NCBI GenBank assembly: GCA_965644295.1
Contig: CBFFRP010000009.1
Location: 62,001-126,000 of the forward strand
Reading direction: 5' to 3'
Length of the DNA: 64,000 nt
From: Paraphysomonas bandaiensis
Taxonomy: Eukaryota; Protista; Chrysophyceae
Shown in pieces: positions 10,859-25,028 of the stretch. Position 1 is the first letter of the stretch. Each line of letters opens with the position of its first letter. A model generated the notes under the pieces. It had not been told where the DNA came from, made no database searches, and saw nothing but the letters and a program-made list of their open reading frames with translations. The translations under genes and the position numbers were made by a program.

Positions 10859-13800
10859 TCACCCTTGTTGACTACCTCCCTGCGTATGTAAACCGAAAAG
10901 ATCCATAACTTCGTGGGCTAACCGAGGACTACAGGGTAAACGGAAACATACAACCCATTATCACGTTAAAACCTACTACTAGATTTTTCAATCACTTACA
11001 TTTCGTGCAATCGATCTGGTGATGGTAGCCCAGCAATAAAATCGTTGATTTCAGAAAGCCGTTTACTCAGAGATAATGCTTTATTATCCGTGTAGCCAGC
11101 GACTGGTGAAAACACAGAGAAAACTACGACAGGAAACTCGCTGTTGACGACTAACACGTTGAAATGGTTATAATAATAGTAATAGTTCTATAAATCATTC
11201 ACCTGTACTGTTGGCATCTAAAAGTTGTTTGTACTCCTCAAAATCATTATTCCCTGCTGTGGTATTCCAAGAGCTAGGAGACGGAAAATCGAGCCGGATA
11301 GATATTGCAAAAACGACTTCTGTTTCAGAGAACCTGATCCATTTTTCAACCACGGCATGAACAGGGGGTCTCCACTTTTTGCTATCGCGGTATTTCAGTA
11401 GCGCAAAAGCCTCCAAATGAGTAGCTAATGATGACATCGCACGAGAGTGTTGAAAATGACCAAGTAGATCATGGTGACGTGCTTTCAGCGATAAGAATTC
11501 AGTTCGCAATGACTTGTACTTCCCTTCGTATGACAACCGTTGCAAATTCTTTACATGCTCTCGGGTTATATCTAGCTCCTGCTCCAGGGTTACCTCCCTG
11601 GTAGAGAGTTCTTTAATCTCACTCTGCAATACTTCAATACGAGAATTCAGTTCACTCACTCGGTGAGTGTGCTGACTTTTCAGGTCATTCATACGGTGTT
11701 CGTATTGCCTTATTGTATTTCGGCTTTCTATTTCTGTCTCCCTTGCCTTAGTACTGGCCTGTTTGGCTTCACTTCGTAGCTTGTCCGATTGGGACACAAG
11801 ATAACTATTTGTCTCTTCCAGCTCACGTATTTTGTCCGTTAGCGCTTGACATTCATTCGCTGCTTGTATTTTCAGCGTTTCATATGCTAACGAGTGCTCT
11901 AAGACCTTCTCGTCGGTAACACTGGCATGCGATTCAAGCTCATAACACCTGCTTTCTATTGCATTTATTTTAGATTGCAGGGAGTCATTTTCGGCGCGAA
12001 GGCTTAAGTTTTCTATGACCTGGCCTTCGAGACGAGAGCATACGGAATCATACTCGGCTGACGCCGTGTCCATTACAGCTTTTAGATTTATCTCACGGTC
12101 AGCCAGTTTAGAATTCTCAGAAAGTAGCTCATCAATTTTCGCATTCAATTCCTGGATACAACCCTCAGAAATATTGTATTGTGCCCTCATACTATCAAGC
12201 TCTGATGTCAAATTCAGCAGGGCGGCATGTTCGCTTTCAGCACGCAAAGATTTCGCTTCAGATTCCTCCACTTTTAACTTAAGCATGGCCTCACATTCTT
12301 CTAGCTCGGAAATTCTAGTTAGCAGAACGCTGTTTTCAGCAGACTTTATTCTCAAAGAATCCTCCATAGTCTCTTTCAATGTGGTATATTCTTTCTCCTT
12401 TAGCTGTATATTTTTTTCTGTATTAAGGTTTTGCGTTCGTAACCGATCTACCTCTTGTTTGAACGATTCCAAATCACTTTCCAGTTGTACCATACAGTCG
12501 TGCTCGCGCTTCGCTATATCCAGTGCCATTTCACTATCTTTTATTTGAGCATTACTTTCAGCTAACATGTGCTCCAAACCAGTTATTCTCTCCTGCAGGG
12601 CCATGAGCTCTTCGTTTTTGGATGTCGCCAATGCATTCAACTCATTTTGAAGGGAAGTCACTCGCTCTTCCGACTCCACTAATTTTTCATGTGCTACACT
12701 TTTTTCTTCGTCAAAATGTACTAGTTTCTCCCTCAGAGACTCGATATTTTCATTCATGGCAGTCTCTTTTGTTTCCATGCTCTGAATCTGTGAAGTAAAA
12801 CTACTGAGTCTTGCATTTAAGCCGTCTATTGTCTGCTGCATATCGATCTCCAATTTCATATTAGCTCTAATTTTAGCTTCAAAGTTCTCTATATCTTTGG
12901 TCAACTTTTCAATTATTATCATATCTTCGTTTCGTTGAGAGCGTAGAGTGTCAACTTCCATACTGATGTCATTTACAAAGGCATAATCTTGTTGAGCTAA
13001 TTCCAGAGCAGCTTTCGATTCCTGACACTCATTCCGAAGGGTAGCCAACATACTTTCCAGCTCATTCACTCTAAATTCCTTCCTGTTGAGAGAGTCTGAC
13101 GTTGCTAATAACTCATCTTCTAATGTCCCGATACGTGCCATCTGCATTGTGACGCTATTCACATGTGAGGATGCATCATTTTCTAGCCTTTTCAATGCCC
13201 TTTCCATTTCTCCTACTTCTTTTTCTTTTTCGGCAATATCGTCGCGAAGTTCCTGGTTTTCTACCTGCAAAGAGCTGTTTCGATCTTCAACGGCTGCAAT
13301 ATGGGTTGTTAGATCGGCTGTTTCAATCTCCAATTTACGTATCCTTGATGTCAAAGATGCAATGGTGTTATCTCTGTCAGCAATAGTATCACTCTTGTTT
13401 TTTAAATCAGATGATGCTTTGCGAATCCAGGGAACAAGTGTATCAGTCATCGTAACACAGTTTTTCAACTGGAGTAAATTATCTGTGGGCTCAGTTGCTT
13501 GGTGTTGCTCACCATCAAATGCAAGTTCAGCCACAGAAAAGATATCACTGCAGGCTGCATATAAATTCGAGATAAACTCTAGGGTACAGTCTTCGTTATG
13601 CTTCGCTACTGACAGCTGATCAGTCAGTTCTGCCACCGTTTGGCTGAGCAACGTGCATCGCACCTCTGATTTTTCATATTTCGTATCGGTCACGCGTTTC
13701 GCATCCATTAATGCCGCGATTTCTTCGCGCATTTGACGCATTGTTTCGGCACTAGCTTCGATGTCATGAAGAAAGCGGGGATTCTCAACAATTTTAGCTT

Positions 13801-16800
13801 CAAGCAATTTCTATGAACAAAATTATATGTCGCAAAATATAAGCAATTTTGATCACCATAGTTTCGCTTTTTTCAGCTTCAAGCTTCAAACGCTGTCAAG
13901 ACGCAAAATAAAAGATGCCAACGATACAATACTGAACTCACATGTTCTTCTAGAACCACGGCATACTTTCTCCTAGTAGCACTCCCACGAAAGGCTCTCT
14001 GTAGTAATTGCACGGAAGATATCATCTTAGACTTTACCATACGTGACAGACAACCACGAATAATCTTCTGTGAATAAATCGTGGATTTCTTCATGTATTG
14101 GAACTTTTTGTGATGAATATGGCATCGGAAATTCGATTGGATTGTTGTTGCAGCGTTATTTTTAATACGTTTGACGAGTAGTCTATCCATATATCCTCTA
14201 TAACATGCTTTAAAGTGGGTGACTCCAGATATCACCCTCTTTCTTCGGCACACAGTCAGAAATACCCTTGACACTCGTTGCAACGTAATCCTTGCTGCTA
14301 TTTCGTCTCTCACGATCCTCTTCTTATAATCAGAGAAATGCATCAATGCAGAAACAGCAGTATATTTAAATGTTTGTCCTAACGCCTCAGCAGACTTAGC
14401 TAAAACTCTCGCTCTCCATCTGCGCTGCAATCGTCGAGCAATCATGCTTACGCAGCACACATAAAGCCGCTCAAGATATTCGAATATAGTGGCACGTAAA
14501 AATATGCCCGTGCGCCCCAACTGAAGGCCACTGTAAACATCCACCTCAACAGGAATATCAACTTTATCAATAGTAGCCAAAACCGTTGCTGTTAAACGAA
14601 CAATATCAATAAGCTTCGCAGCAGCAGATCTCCAGTAAATCTCCAAACCGGTGTGTTGAGCACGAGCCATACATTCGTGAACATCCCTGGTTAGGTAGTT
14701 TTGCCCACAGGCACACAGGAATGCTGCGTAGCGCAATACAAAATATGAAAACTCCATTCGATTTTGAAATCCAGCACGAAACACTTCCACAGCCTCCAGG
14801 GCTCCTCCACAACGTAACTGCGATAAAACCATCTCATTATCACACACCACTGGCTCTAAATTCGTATTCGGTTTTATACATCGAATAAAATGAGACCTCG
14901 TTGAGCGAATTTTAGCAATCAGACCTTGCAGCTGTTTCGAGAACTGCGAGGCAACAGTGTTAACCTTTTTGCCTACACGTATACCCATTCCACTTGAGTT
15001 CTTCCTCTGAAGCGAGTAACTCGTGCTACGTCGGGAAGATGAGTTCGACCGCGACAATCGAGGAGATGGTTCTGCAGGGACGTCATCAAATGCGCCACAT
15101 ATCCCAATCCCAAGGATTTTATTCAATGAACTACTTATACAGTCATTGATTTCTAGGGCAACTTCACTTCGGTTCTTATCCAAAAATCCCAATGTGCAAT
15201 ATTTGACGTTGCACGCAAAGTGATGAACTGTAAACTCCATACTTGATTGCTCTATTTTGCTCGCCGAAAAATGAGTTTTTACACAACACTTTGCGTACAG
15301 CGTTTTCGCAAGTTTATCGTCCGTGGGTTTGGCAACTTTAAGTTGCTCGTCGCACAGCGCATATATTCCAGTTGTCTTGTGCTCAAACAGCTCAAGCCGC
15401 TCCGAGTTGTCCGGGTAGTCTACAAGAGTCCAACGCAATCCTTCTTCTATATACAGCTCCTGTTGGCTCTTAAATGTAGCATAGTTGAAATGATCTTGTA
15501 ATTTCTCATTTGCGTAATTAATGCACAGCTGCTCAAACGAGTTTTTATCAAAGTATTCGAAGCCAAATATGTCTAGCACGCCAATGGATGACACGATTTC
15601 ATCATAGGAATCCGGACAGAGAGATTTGTTAATGCTCTGAATCATCCATTTGAATACGATATCGTACAGAGTCTTTGCCATAGAGTCTCTTGCACTTGCG
15701 GCATTTACTATGTTGAGTGCTTTCTCTATTTCACAGCCAGCGACGGAGAGGGTGCGCTTCGTTATGGCACTCACAAGTTTGGTCTCACTTATTCCCAATA
15801 GAGAGCAAGTGTGATCTATAGAACTCCTAGAACTTTCAGATAAAACCGCGCCCTCCGATCCTAGTAGAGAAGATTCCTCGAATGATATATTACCAAGATG
15901 AAGAATACCAGCTACGATTTCAAACGTCGACATCCGTTCTTCATCAGTTAATCCTATTTGAGATATTGCCTGCTCCAGTTTGCGGAAATTCTCCTCCTCA
16001 CACACTCCATCATATCTGTCATACTCACCGGACTGGTTAGTATAACGAAAATCTTTTGGACTGCTAAGTCCCCATTGACTCTTTACATCATAAGACAGGC
16101 CAGCAAATGTCTCGTAAAACACATGATAGTTCCTCTCTCCTCTCATTTGGAATACCACACGGACATTTTCAAGGAGATAGGTTCGTATGGTCGCACCATC
16201 AATGTAGCCATCGGGCACGTACAAGAGTTCAATTATTTTACCAAAACGGGAAGAGTTATTGTTTCGAGATGTCTTACCATTTCCAAAAGACTCAGTGATA
16301 GGATTAGCAGCGGTGATAAGTGTCTCGAAATCATAACCAATGATTTCAACAGCTGTTTCCTTCAGCACTCGGGCTGATACTGCGGCCAGGTACTGCAGTA
16401 CCTGCTTTGTTGCCTCCGTTTTACCTGCATTAAAAATTAAAGCAGGCGTCAACAACTGCAGGTGGAGAGGTCACCTGCTCCAGATTCCCCATTGACCAGT
16501 ATGACCTGGTCTTCGCGTTTGTCAGGGTTAAATTTGTCAATTAACATTTTCCGATAGGCCGTGTCACTGAGTTGATATACATGTGGACCAAGCGCTTTCG
16601 ATTCCATATGATCCGCTTCATAGTACTTATCGATGTGTTCTTTGCTATATATAGGAAGATGCTCAAAGGGATTCATGGCTACTAATATTGGCCCAATACC
16701 AGTGTATATACGCTTACTAGAAAATCTTTTAGTAATACAGTTCAACATCTCAGGCTCATTTAAATACAACAATGATGTCATATCTGCGACAGGTAGTGCA

Positions 16801-17024
16801 GTTTCTGAATCAGGATTCCGTCGTTTAATCACATCAAACTCTGTATAGGATCCGTCCACTGACAGTGCAGTGATCTCATATGATGTATTATTAAGGTCTC
16901 TTACAGTAAATACCCATGATCCATTCTCTATTTCCTCATGTTGGGTGATCAATCCAGCTTGCCATAGTCTATTAGGAGGGATAATAGCCCATACAGTAGC
17001 ATGATGCCATATGTCCACAGACAT
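10859..17024 (-). CDS. Unconventional myosin: motor, IQ motifs, long coiled coil, possible C-terminal PX-like domain
   Basis: GESGAG|KT is split by a 50-nt intron; NNNSSRFGK, LDIFGFE and FIRCIKPN are present, followed by IQ repeats (IQSNFRCH, LQRAFRG). There is a ~750-aa coiled-coil exon, and the inferred terminal exons reach a stop at 10859. Confidence 0.92.
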
Positions 17025-17439
17025 ATTCAGGACACAATAGAGAAGTAGTTAATGAATGAAACTGATCAATTTATCAGTAGATTGATTCCTTATAATGTGT
17101 TTGATATACCATATTGATACGATCTTACACTGTGCTGTGTGATAGCTACAGTATATGGCGGGTGTTATCTATACGAGGGATATGCATGTATTTAACACAC
17201 ACGGCAGGTGATTCCAATGCCTGTTATGACGATCATAAAATATCAGATTTTTATATACAATACCACAGAAAATCTATGATTTATAGACTTTTGGTGAAAA
17301 GTCCTAATATTCTTTTTGGAATGTCGGTGTTTTTAGGATTGTGAGAGTGTCTATTACTGCAAATACTCCCACATACAGCAGACGCGTAGCTATCCCATAT
17401 ATAGATATGCAGTACATTAAACATATATGAGATTATAAG

Positions 17440-19114
17440 ATGCTGTATAAAAGCACACGTGGAGGGGAACATGGACTCTCATTTGAACATGTTTTGTTCT
17501 CGGCTTATGCTAGAGATGGCGGGTTGTATGTACCTGAAACTATACCTGCTATCACACATGATATGCTGGTGAAGTGGAGGCACCATACGTTTCCTATGAT
17601 ATGTGCTGAAGTGATGCATCTTTTCACTGATATATCAGTTGAGGCTCTCAATACTATGACAGTAAAGGCATACTCCTCTTTTAATGGGGGAGATGATCCA
17701 CTGCCTATGACGCAGATAGGTGACCTTATCCTTTTAGATGCATCATGTGGGCCTACTCTTGCTTTCAAAGATATTGGACAACAAATAGTTGCTCAACTTC
17801 TTAATCATTTCTTGTCTTTACGGAAGTCAAAGGCCAGTATTATGGTCGATACCTCTGGTGTGTTGCCTTCTGTTATATGTGTTCGAGGCGTGATGTTGTC
17901 TTGTAGGAGATACCGGCCCTGCGGCTATTGCTGCAGTTCGTTCCTGTCCTAATCTAGAAATTACTGTACTTTACCCACACCAACGCGTCAGTGAAGTCCA
18001 AGAGCTGCAAATGATCACTGCTGTTGACAGCAACGTGCACGTATATCGCACCGAAGGAAACAATGATGATCAAAGCAGCGTTCTCAAGGAAATATTTGCT
18101 GATGAAGAGTTCGTAAAAAGCAACAATATTTGCAGTATTAATAGCATTAATTGGGCACGAATTGCTGCTCAATCTACCTATTATATTTACGCCTACTTAC
18201 AGGTAAAATGTACTCGTCATGTATTAATACTACTGAGTTAATGTCGTTGGCTTCATTAGATCTACAACACAAGGTTTTCGATTGGACGGCCAGTGAATTT
18301 TTGTATTCCAAGTGGGGCGTTTGGGAATGGTGCTGGAGGACTACTAGCGAAACTGATGGGTCTGCCAATAGGTGCATTCTTATCTGCTTGCGTACGGCTA
18401 TGACTATAATTCTACACCAGTAGTTAATGCTATTTGTTGTTCAAAGTTATCCTTCATATATTGTAACTGGTCTGTTCAGGTCGAATCATATGCGCAACTA
18501 ATGCGAATGACATCGTTCATCGCACAATAACCACAGGAGATATGCGCATGGGTGCGAACCACCAAACGATATCTCCCGCAATGGATATACAGTTTGCATA
18601 CAACCTGGAGCGGCTGGTGTACTTTTGCTGTGGTGAGAGAAGTGATGTACTGAAGCCAATTATGAGCGAAGTTGATGCACAGTTCAGTTCTCTTCCCGGA
18701 GCCTGTGGTGTTATTCTTCCTGATGAGATTGTGAAAAATATTCAGAAAACGTTTTCCTCGTGTTCTGTTTCTGACAAGGACACGTTATGCACCATACGTG
18801 AGGTATATGAGGCTTACGGCTATGCACTTTGTCCGCACTCAGCTATTGGGGTACATGCTGCCCAGCACCGGTTTTCCAACCTCTGCAGCGACCCAATGGT
18901 TTGTGTGCTCACTGCTCACCCATCAAAATTCGAAACAGCGTTTCATGAGGCCACACATAATCCCCCTCCGCAGTTAGTGTCAAACCCTGTGCATATCCTC
19001 AAGACTCTACCACAGCACTTTGAATGGCTACGAAAAAATGACGATCCTGATTGGCGGAACGCGTGGATTCAAACTCTGAAGGAGGCAACCATTCGTAGAA
19101 GAGACGCTTGCTAA
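17440..19114 (+). CDS. Threonine synthase (or threonine synthase-like), PLP-dependent, multi-exon
   Basis: YKSTRG, DGGLYVP, GPTLAFKD (PLP lysine), TSGDTG, NSINWARI, PSGAFGN, SPAMDIQ and CPHSAIG. Confidence 0.92.
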
Positions 19115-19867
19115 AGTGTGCAATCATGGTTAGAATTAGTCTGATATCGATATATATCAGTTTTTAATCCATGATATAATACAGACTTACCTTATGGGCA
19201 CTATAACTTTTTTTCAGTGTTTGACATAGAATTTGTGATCGTTGTCCCTGTTGGCATCGTGCTTATATGCTGAAGCTCACCTCACATAACTTCATGTTGT
19301 ATGTGGTTATCTCAATCATTTTCATACGATCTTATACAGTTAATGTATTTCAGTTTTACTACTCAACCACGTCAATAGTCCTTTTAATACTACTGTTAAT
19401 CACTACTGTATTCTTCATGTAACAATCATAATTCAAATAGCTTAGAACTACAGCTTTTAATTGCTCTTGAACAGCAAAACTCAACACACTGTACTCTTAT
19501 TACTCTCAAAATCTTAAATACCTAAATATGCATATCGTTGTCATCATTCTGGAAGGCAGCTAGAAGCAGTTTCCCAATCGCAAATAGCTAGTTTCTACAT
19601 CCAGAAATAGGCATACAGAAATTGCTCTCTTACTCAACACAAAATCTCATTCGAAACTATACATTATACTATAGGCATATATACTGTGAACTAGATGGAG
19701 CTGATGTCTATATTTCGTTGACTACAGTGTGCAGGTGTCAAGGAGTATTTAGCCTATAGTCGCTAGAGGATTAAGTAAAGTTATCATTTATATATGTTAC
19801 AAAATTTTACTTTAACTTCTGATCCCCATTACTGACAAATGCGCAAGTTGTATAATGTCATTTACAT

Positions 19868-20397
19868 TCACTTTCGTCTACCCTTCGATACAGCTGTCGC
19901 CTTTGTCGTATACATATTAATCAGTCTATCCATATCGCGATTGTGATTTATCGCATCCTCGATATCAGCACGAGTGGCTTGTACGGAACTATCTACTGTA
20001 ATGTCTGCCTCACTATCCTCCGGATTTATTCTTGTACTTAATAAATAAGGCACTACAATATTATCGGCATCAATATCCATCACCTTATACCGAAACACAT
20101 ACCTTCAGATGGGTGTTCAGTGGGCATTCTAGGCAACACATCCATCAGTTGAAACAGCGGGTCCATATCACTCCACATAAACTCTAGTTGTTTAAAGGCC
20201 AATGAGGTATGTGATAGAAGTAGTCCCCTAAATAATCATATTCATTATATCGTATATATATGTATGTATCAGGGTGTAGTTGTTTATTACCAGTCAGGGT
20301 TGGCATTAGAGACAACAGAGCCGTAAACACCTTGTTCCACTGTACTCCGCACCACATTAGTCGATGTATCAAATTTACGAAGTTTAGCGTCCTCCAT
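19868..20397 (-). CDS. MED8: Mediator subunit 8-like protein (3 exons)
   Basis: The spliced translation MEDAKLRKF...NPDW|GLLLSHTSLAFKQLEFMWSDMDPLFQLMDVLPRMPTEHPSE|VPYLLSTRINPED resembles the MED8 pattern W..LL.Q....QL......P....V.P......P..LST+L.PE. Confidence 0.6.
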
Positions 20398-20838
20398 GTT
20401 AGCAATGTACCTCTAATGACACTATGACTTATACATACATGCCATGCCATACCATGCATATGCTGCTCTGTTATATACACATACGTCCCATATACAGGAG
20501 TGTATATACCTGCTGCTGTATCCTGCTGTGCAAAACATAAAACCCGGGATTTTTACACTATACTGTGTACACACAGATGGAAATTGCAATATATTGGAAC
20601 CGCGATATATCGCGAGTAGTCCTTATAGTGCATCTGCCCTCCTGTAACTGTTGTGTATATGTATATATAAACGATTACATTCTTCTATGCTCTGATTGCT
20701 AACAGCAATGGAAGAGATGTACATATCAACTCTCTTACACTGTCATTACCTCCCACTCATGCTACACATGTGTTATCTTCATCTTCACCATACCATCTAG
20801 ATACTGTAGATTACCCTGATTATATATATACTCTACAG

Positions 20839-23462
20839 ATGTCCAGACCTGTCACTGGTAGAGGTCCATCTGAATCAATGTCTTCTCCTGTTGGATCAGA
20901 TCGACCAGGATCACCATCTCCATTAGTAAGTAGAGCGAATTCTCGATCGAGGAAGCCTATTGTATTGGAAGATATAGGCGAGCTGACTGAAGAAGAGAAG
21001 CTCCGATCAATGCTAGGATATGTGGATCAATCTCAAAAGAATGTGTACATGAGAGAGGATTTCTGTGGTGCTTGTGGCATACAGCATCCGAACTATAGAG
21101 TACTCGATACGTATCCTTTGTGCGAGAGTTGCCATAACTGTCTAAGAGATCAGGCAGATCTGCGAAATCGATTCCAGGGAACCGTGCAGAGTGTCCCACT
21201 AGAAATTTGTTTCGCAACATACGGTAAGACAGTAATGAATTTTTACTATTTGATAAGTTCTGTAGGCGATGTCAATAACAGCCGACTTGCATATGAAGTA
21301 ACCGACACTCTTCAGGGCATCGTAAATGACTATGCCTGCAAAGACAGGCTCATTCTTCGCGAAATTCAGAAGCTTCATCTCATGTTTAACGGGGATCCAA
21401 GTCCTGACAAACCGAAACAACTAAGAGTTCGATACAGAATGAATGGGGTACATGGTATGATAACTATTGATGTCATGGCCAATAATCAGGTGTGTCAATG
21501 TACATAAGTTATTGAATGAGAGTCCCATAATAGATGTACTTCCGTTGCATTTTATTTTACCCATTGTATGTTGAACATACTGTTATGCGATATATGTAGG
21601 TACCAGAGCCTATTATGCTAATGTGCTCTCCCACACGCGACCTCACCATTCTGAGAGGGGCATATGGCCATCCAAAGGGACGGACCTCCACAGGTCGCAT
21701 GTCATACGATGTACGTAGTTTCGTTGCAGTCTTCGATTATGGTTTAATATGTAATCGCTTAGGTGCGAGAGAATCTACAAGGATTGGTTGACCTAAACTA
21801 CGGATCTTACCTATACATCAGTGCGATGATGCCCATATCTCTCAAGTTCGGGGACCCCTGCATAGTAAGAGAGGACTGCCTTATGATACGCCTTTGTATT
21901 ATAGTGTTCGTTAGGGTTACGTAAAAGATTTACAAATAGAGTTCGACATTAGCGGGAAGTTTGGTGCGTATGTTAGTGTGTTTGCGTTAAAATCCTGTAA
22001 TCGGCTCAGCTGCTCTCAGAGAATTTTTGTGCATGATGTTATAGCGTTCTAGTGTGACTGCTCATTGTTGTTTGGGTAATGTAGGTCGTATAGAGATTGG
22101 GGAAAACAGAGGATACTTAAAGAAAGACCTTTCGTTACGTACTTCTCCAGCTGTATCACCCCTCATATATGTCGGTAGGTCGACTGGTAGCTCTTTGTAG
22201 TTGAATGCTAGATATCACTGATGCGAGTGGCTTATTTTATCGACTTTATATATAGCGCACGCAACTTATGGTCTAACTGAAAACGGAATTAAAGTAAGGC
22301 TTTATGTATGTCAATTATCGTAGACCAATTACCGTTGTTTCAGGAGCGAATCCAAGAACTGAATAGATGGCTTCATCAAATTGAGATACTGGTGAACAAG
22401 TAATAATACATAGTGTATCAGTATCTGTTTCATATGATGGAGTAGGAGAAAGATAGGACTTCCCATAAAAGTTAAAGATCGGCAATTTATTAAGAAGGAG
22501 CCCGATTTCAAGTAAGGATCAAATCTTGCAATTAGTTCCTAAGTATGTGTCGCTTTTAGGGCAGAGCGAGATCAGCTCTTACAAGCGGAGCCCTCTTCTA
22601 TCGACATCACTGTGAAAGTGCAGCGTATGGTAGAGATGCAGGGAGGGCTAGAACTTGTAATTGACAAAGACGAGTTTGACGCCAATTTTACGTTCGGCAA
22701 TCCTTGTAAGGTAGTACAGTTTGCACTTTCCGTATTTTTATCTTGGTTGGGTGATATAGATGTTTTTCAGGGAAGGAAGATGCTGGAAATCAGTGTCAAG
22801 TGTTATGGTCATGATAGTGAGATACGCACGGACAGCAGAGAGGTGAGATAAGTACTTATCACTTTGAGATGAATACTGAGCATGGGTAATCAGGTTACGG
22901 CAAAAGGGTTTCAAAAGAACTTTATCCTGGGCAAAGCACACCGTTTCCTAGTACCTGTTCTTGATGACAAAGAAGGTGGAGTAAAATACTTGTGGTGTTG
23001 TGTGTAATTTGCACCCTATGCGGCAGGGCGTGGTATTTTGCAAAGCACAATTGAGTTTAGGACTAACAATGTGTTACCTTTAATGAATATTGAGCGGGCA
23101 ATGTATGGGCACCCGAGAGATCATAGAAAGGTATACCCTGTTCGATACTTTTTTGCAGCACTAATTTTGTGTGATAGTGTTTTGACGTGACATCTACGAT
23201 ACAAAATCTCGTCAAAGGACGAATGTTAGTCATTAGAAGGAGGTGTGTTACCAGCAAATATGCATTGCGTGTCTTAATCGTTGAAATCAGTGAAAATCTG
23301 TTGAAGCTCTTTGGAGAACCATGCCATGGAGTATCCAAAGTCCTTCGTGTGGATTATTCTACACGGGGATTTACTGGAGCTCTACGAGTTAGAGAGAAAA
23401 ATGACTGCCTTGTTGCAGCTGTAGAACTTGGGTTTCCGCCTGAAATACCAGAGGATGTTTAA
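20839..23462 (+). CDS. Protein with CxxC...CxxC motif and ~4 tandem DUF3395/DNAJC11-C-terminal-like (SUEL-lectin-like) repeats; many exons
   Basis: The pattern L.I..A.YG....DVT..LQ.LV.......L...FGDPC....K.L.V.Y recurs four times; CGAC...CESC lies near the N-terminus. Confidence 0.65.
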
Positions 23463-24332
23463 TCTTGTAAAGTTAGCATGTTATTGTAGAATATTGAGTT
23501 TCGAGCCATATAAGTGTTATTATTTCTATGGACCAGGACTGCGAACAATTAAGTGTCTACTACTTGACCCAGGTTGTAGTCAATTACTCACTGCCCCAAT
23601 TAATTGAATTGTAATTAATCGCAATTTAATTTATACAGAACTACGACCCCATGTAGCTATACACTAGCTGACAGCATAGCTCGTTCAACGGTTACTTCAT
23701 CCCAGGGTGGACGATATATTAAGTCGATTCTTTACCATCCGGGAAATTGATGTCTTGTTGTCACCTTGAATCTTCACGACTGTCTATATTCGAAGAAGTG
23801 CTATGAATAATAATGTTTGCCTTCTCGTGTTATATTCTATTAATACATATTAGGATTCATCTTAATATAAGATAGTGTGTGTGAGTTATGATGTTCAATG
23901 AAATATATCACGAACTGAATTAATGATAGTATCTGTTCAAGATACATGATCGTCATCATAACGATCGTCATTATCAGTTACACTTCTAACTATTCCGTTG
24001 TACATGATAGTTATGTTCTATTTGACTATTCACTCTTTATCACTTCTTTACTGTGTTCATTACTTACACTCTAATAATCACAACATTGTTTTACTAATAA
24101 GCTTAAATCTTATTTATCCACATTGAAAGAATATCAAGTCGTCCCGTAATTTCACCAGCATGACATGCTCCATTTCACTTTTGGAATTACATTTAACACA
24201 GCAGAACCCAACCCACATGATAGCAAGTGACAAGTGGTCAATCACTACAAATGTGGAGTCCCTCCCGCTGGTATCTTGTTTGACTACTGTGCATGAAAGG
24301 TCTTAAATGCGGAGCTCACTAACATTATTTCC

Positions 24333-24790
24333 CTCAATAAAGTTGGACTCGCACCTTTTCATGTGGTGTTCTGGAGGATAAGTACCGGAGATATATATCC
24401 GGGAAACTGAAGTGAGCCACATACATAGCCAGCCTCATAGCCAAATGCTTATGTGGTACAAGAGACACTAATGTAAGTGTCACTTGTGTAGTAGACGTCT
24501 TTGTGCCATAATTATGTATAAACAGGTCTACCTCAAGGGTATCCGGGGTATTGAGATGCCTACTGCAGTTCACCTTCAGCCTTCAAGACTCAAATATCTT
24601 ACACTCAGCAGATGTCAGGTATATCAATATTCTGCTCTGAGGGATAGAGCAAAGGTGGTTGTGCCTTGGTGCTTGCAGTGACGTACGAGCAGCTTTTGTA
24701 GGATATCAGAGTTGAAGACATTGCAATAATGTTTGAATAAGTTCTGACTCGTACACGCCTATTGCTAATAATAAGAATATATTCACTACT
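24333..24790 (-). mobile_element. Interspersed repeat family A, copy 2
   Basis: Runs from gttggactcgcaccttttcatgtggtgttctggaggataagtacc to ttctgactcgtacacgcctattgctaataat...ttcactact. Confidence 0.9.
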
Positions 24791-25028
24791 AGCATATTTT
24801 AGAGTCCGCAATTGCCGGCATAAACTATCAAAGAACAGCCGTTCAGAGACTTCTGGCACACTACTAAAAGCTAATCGCTCTTATTGTGGAAACCATTTCG
24901 ATGTTGAAAATGATTATTAACTACCATGAATGATTGAGTATGCTTCAGACTTTCAGTTAGACGTCTCAATTAAACTATTTTGAGAAGCCAGCAGAAAAAT
25001 TGTATAATTAGTCTCTCAGTTTTATATA

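Noticed and set aside
12015-16377. Plus-strand ORFs inside the myosin gene (and similar antisense ORFs inside the channel, ADA2 and DENN genes)
   Set aside because: These are antisense shadows of real coding exons with no recognizable motifs.
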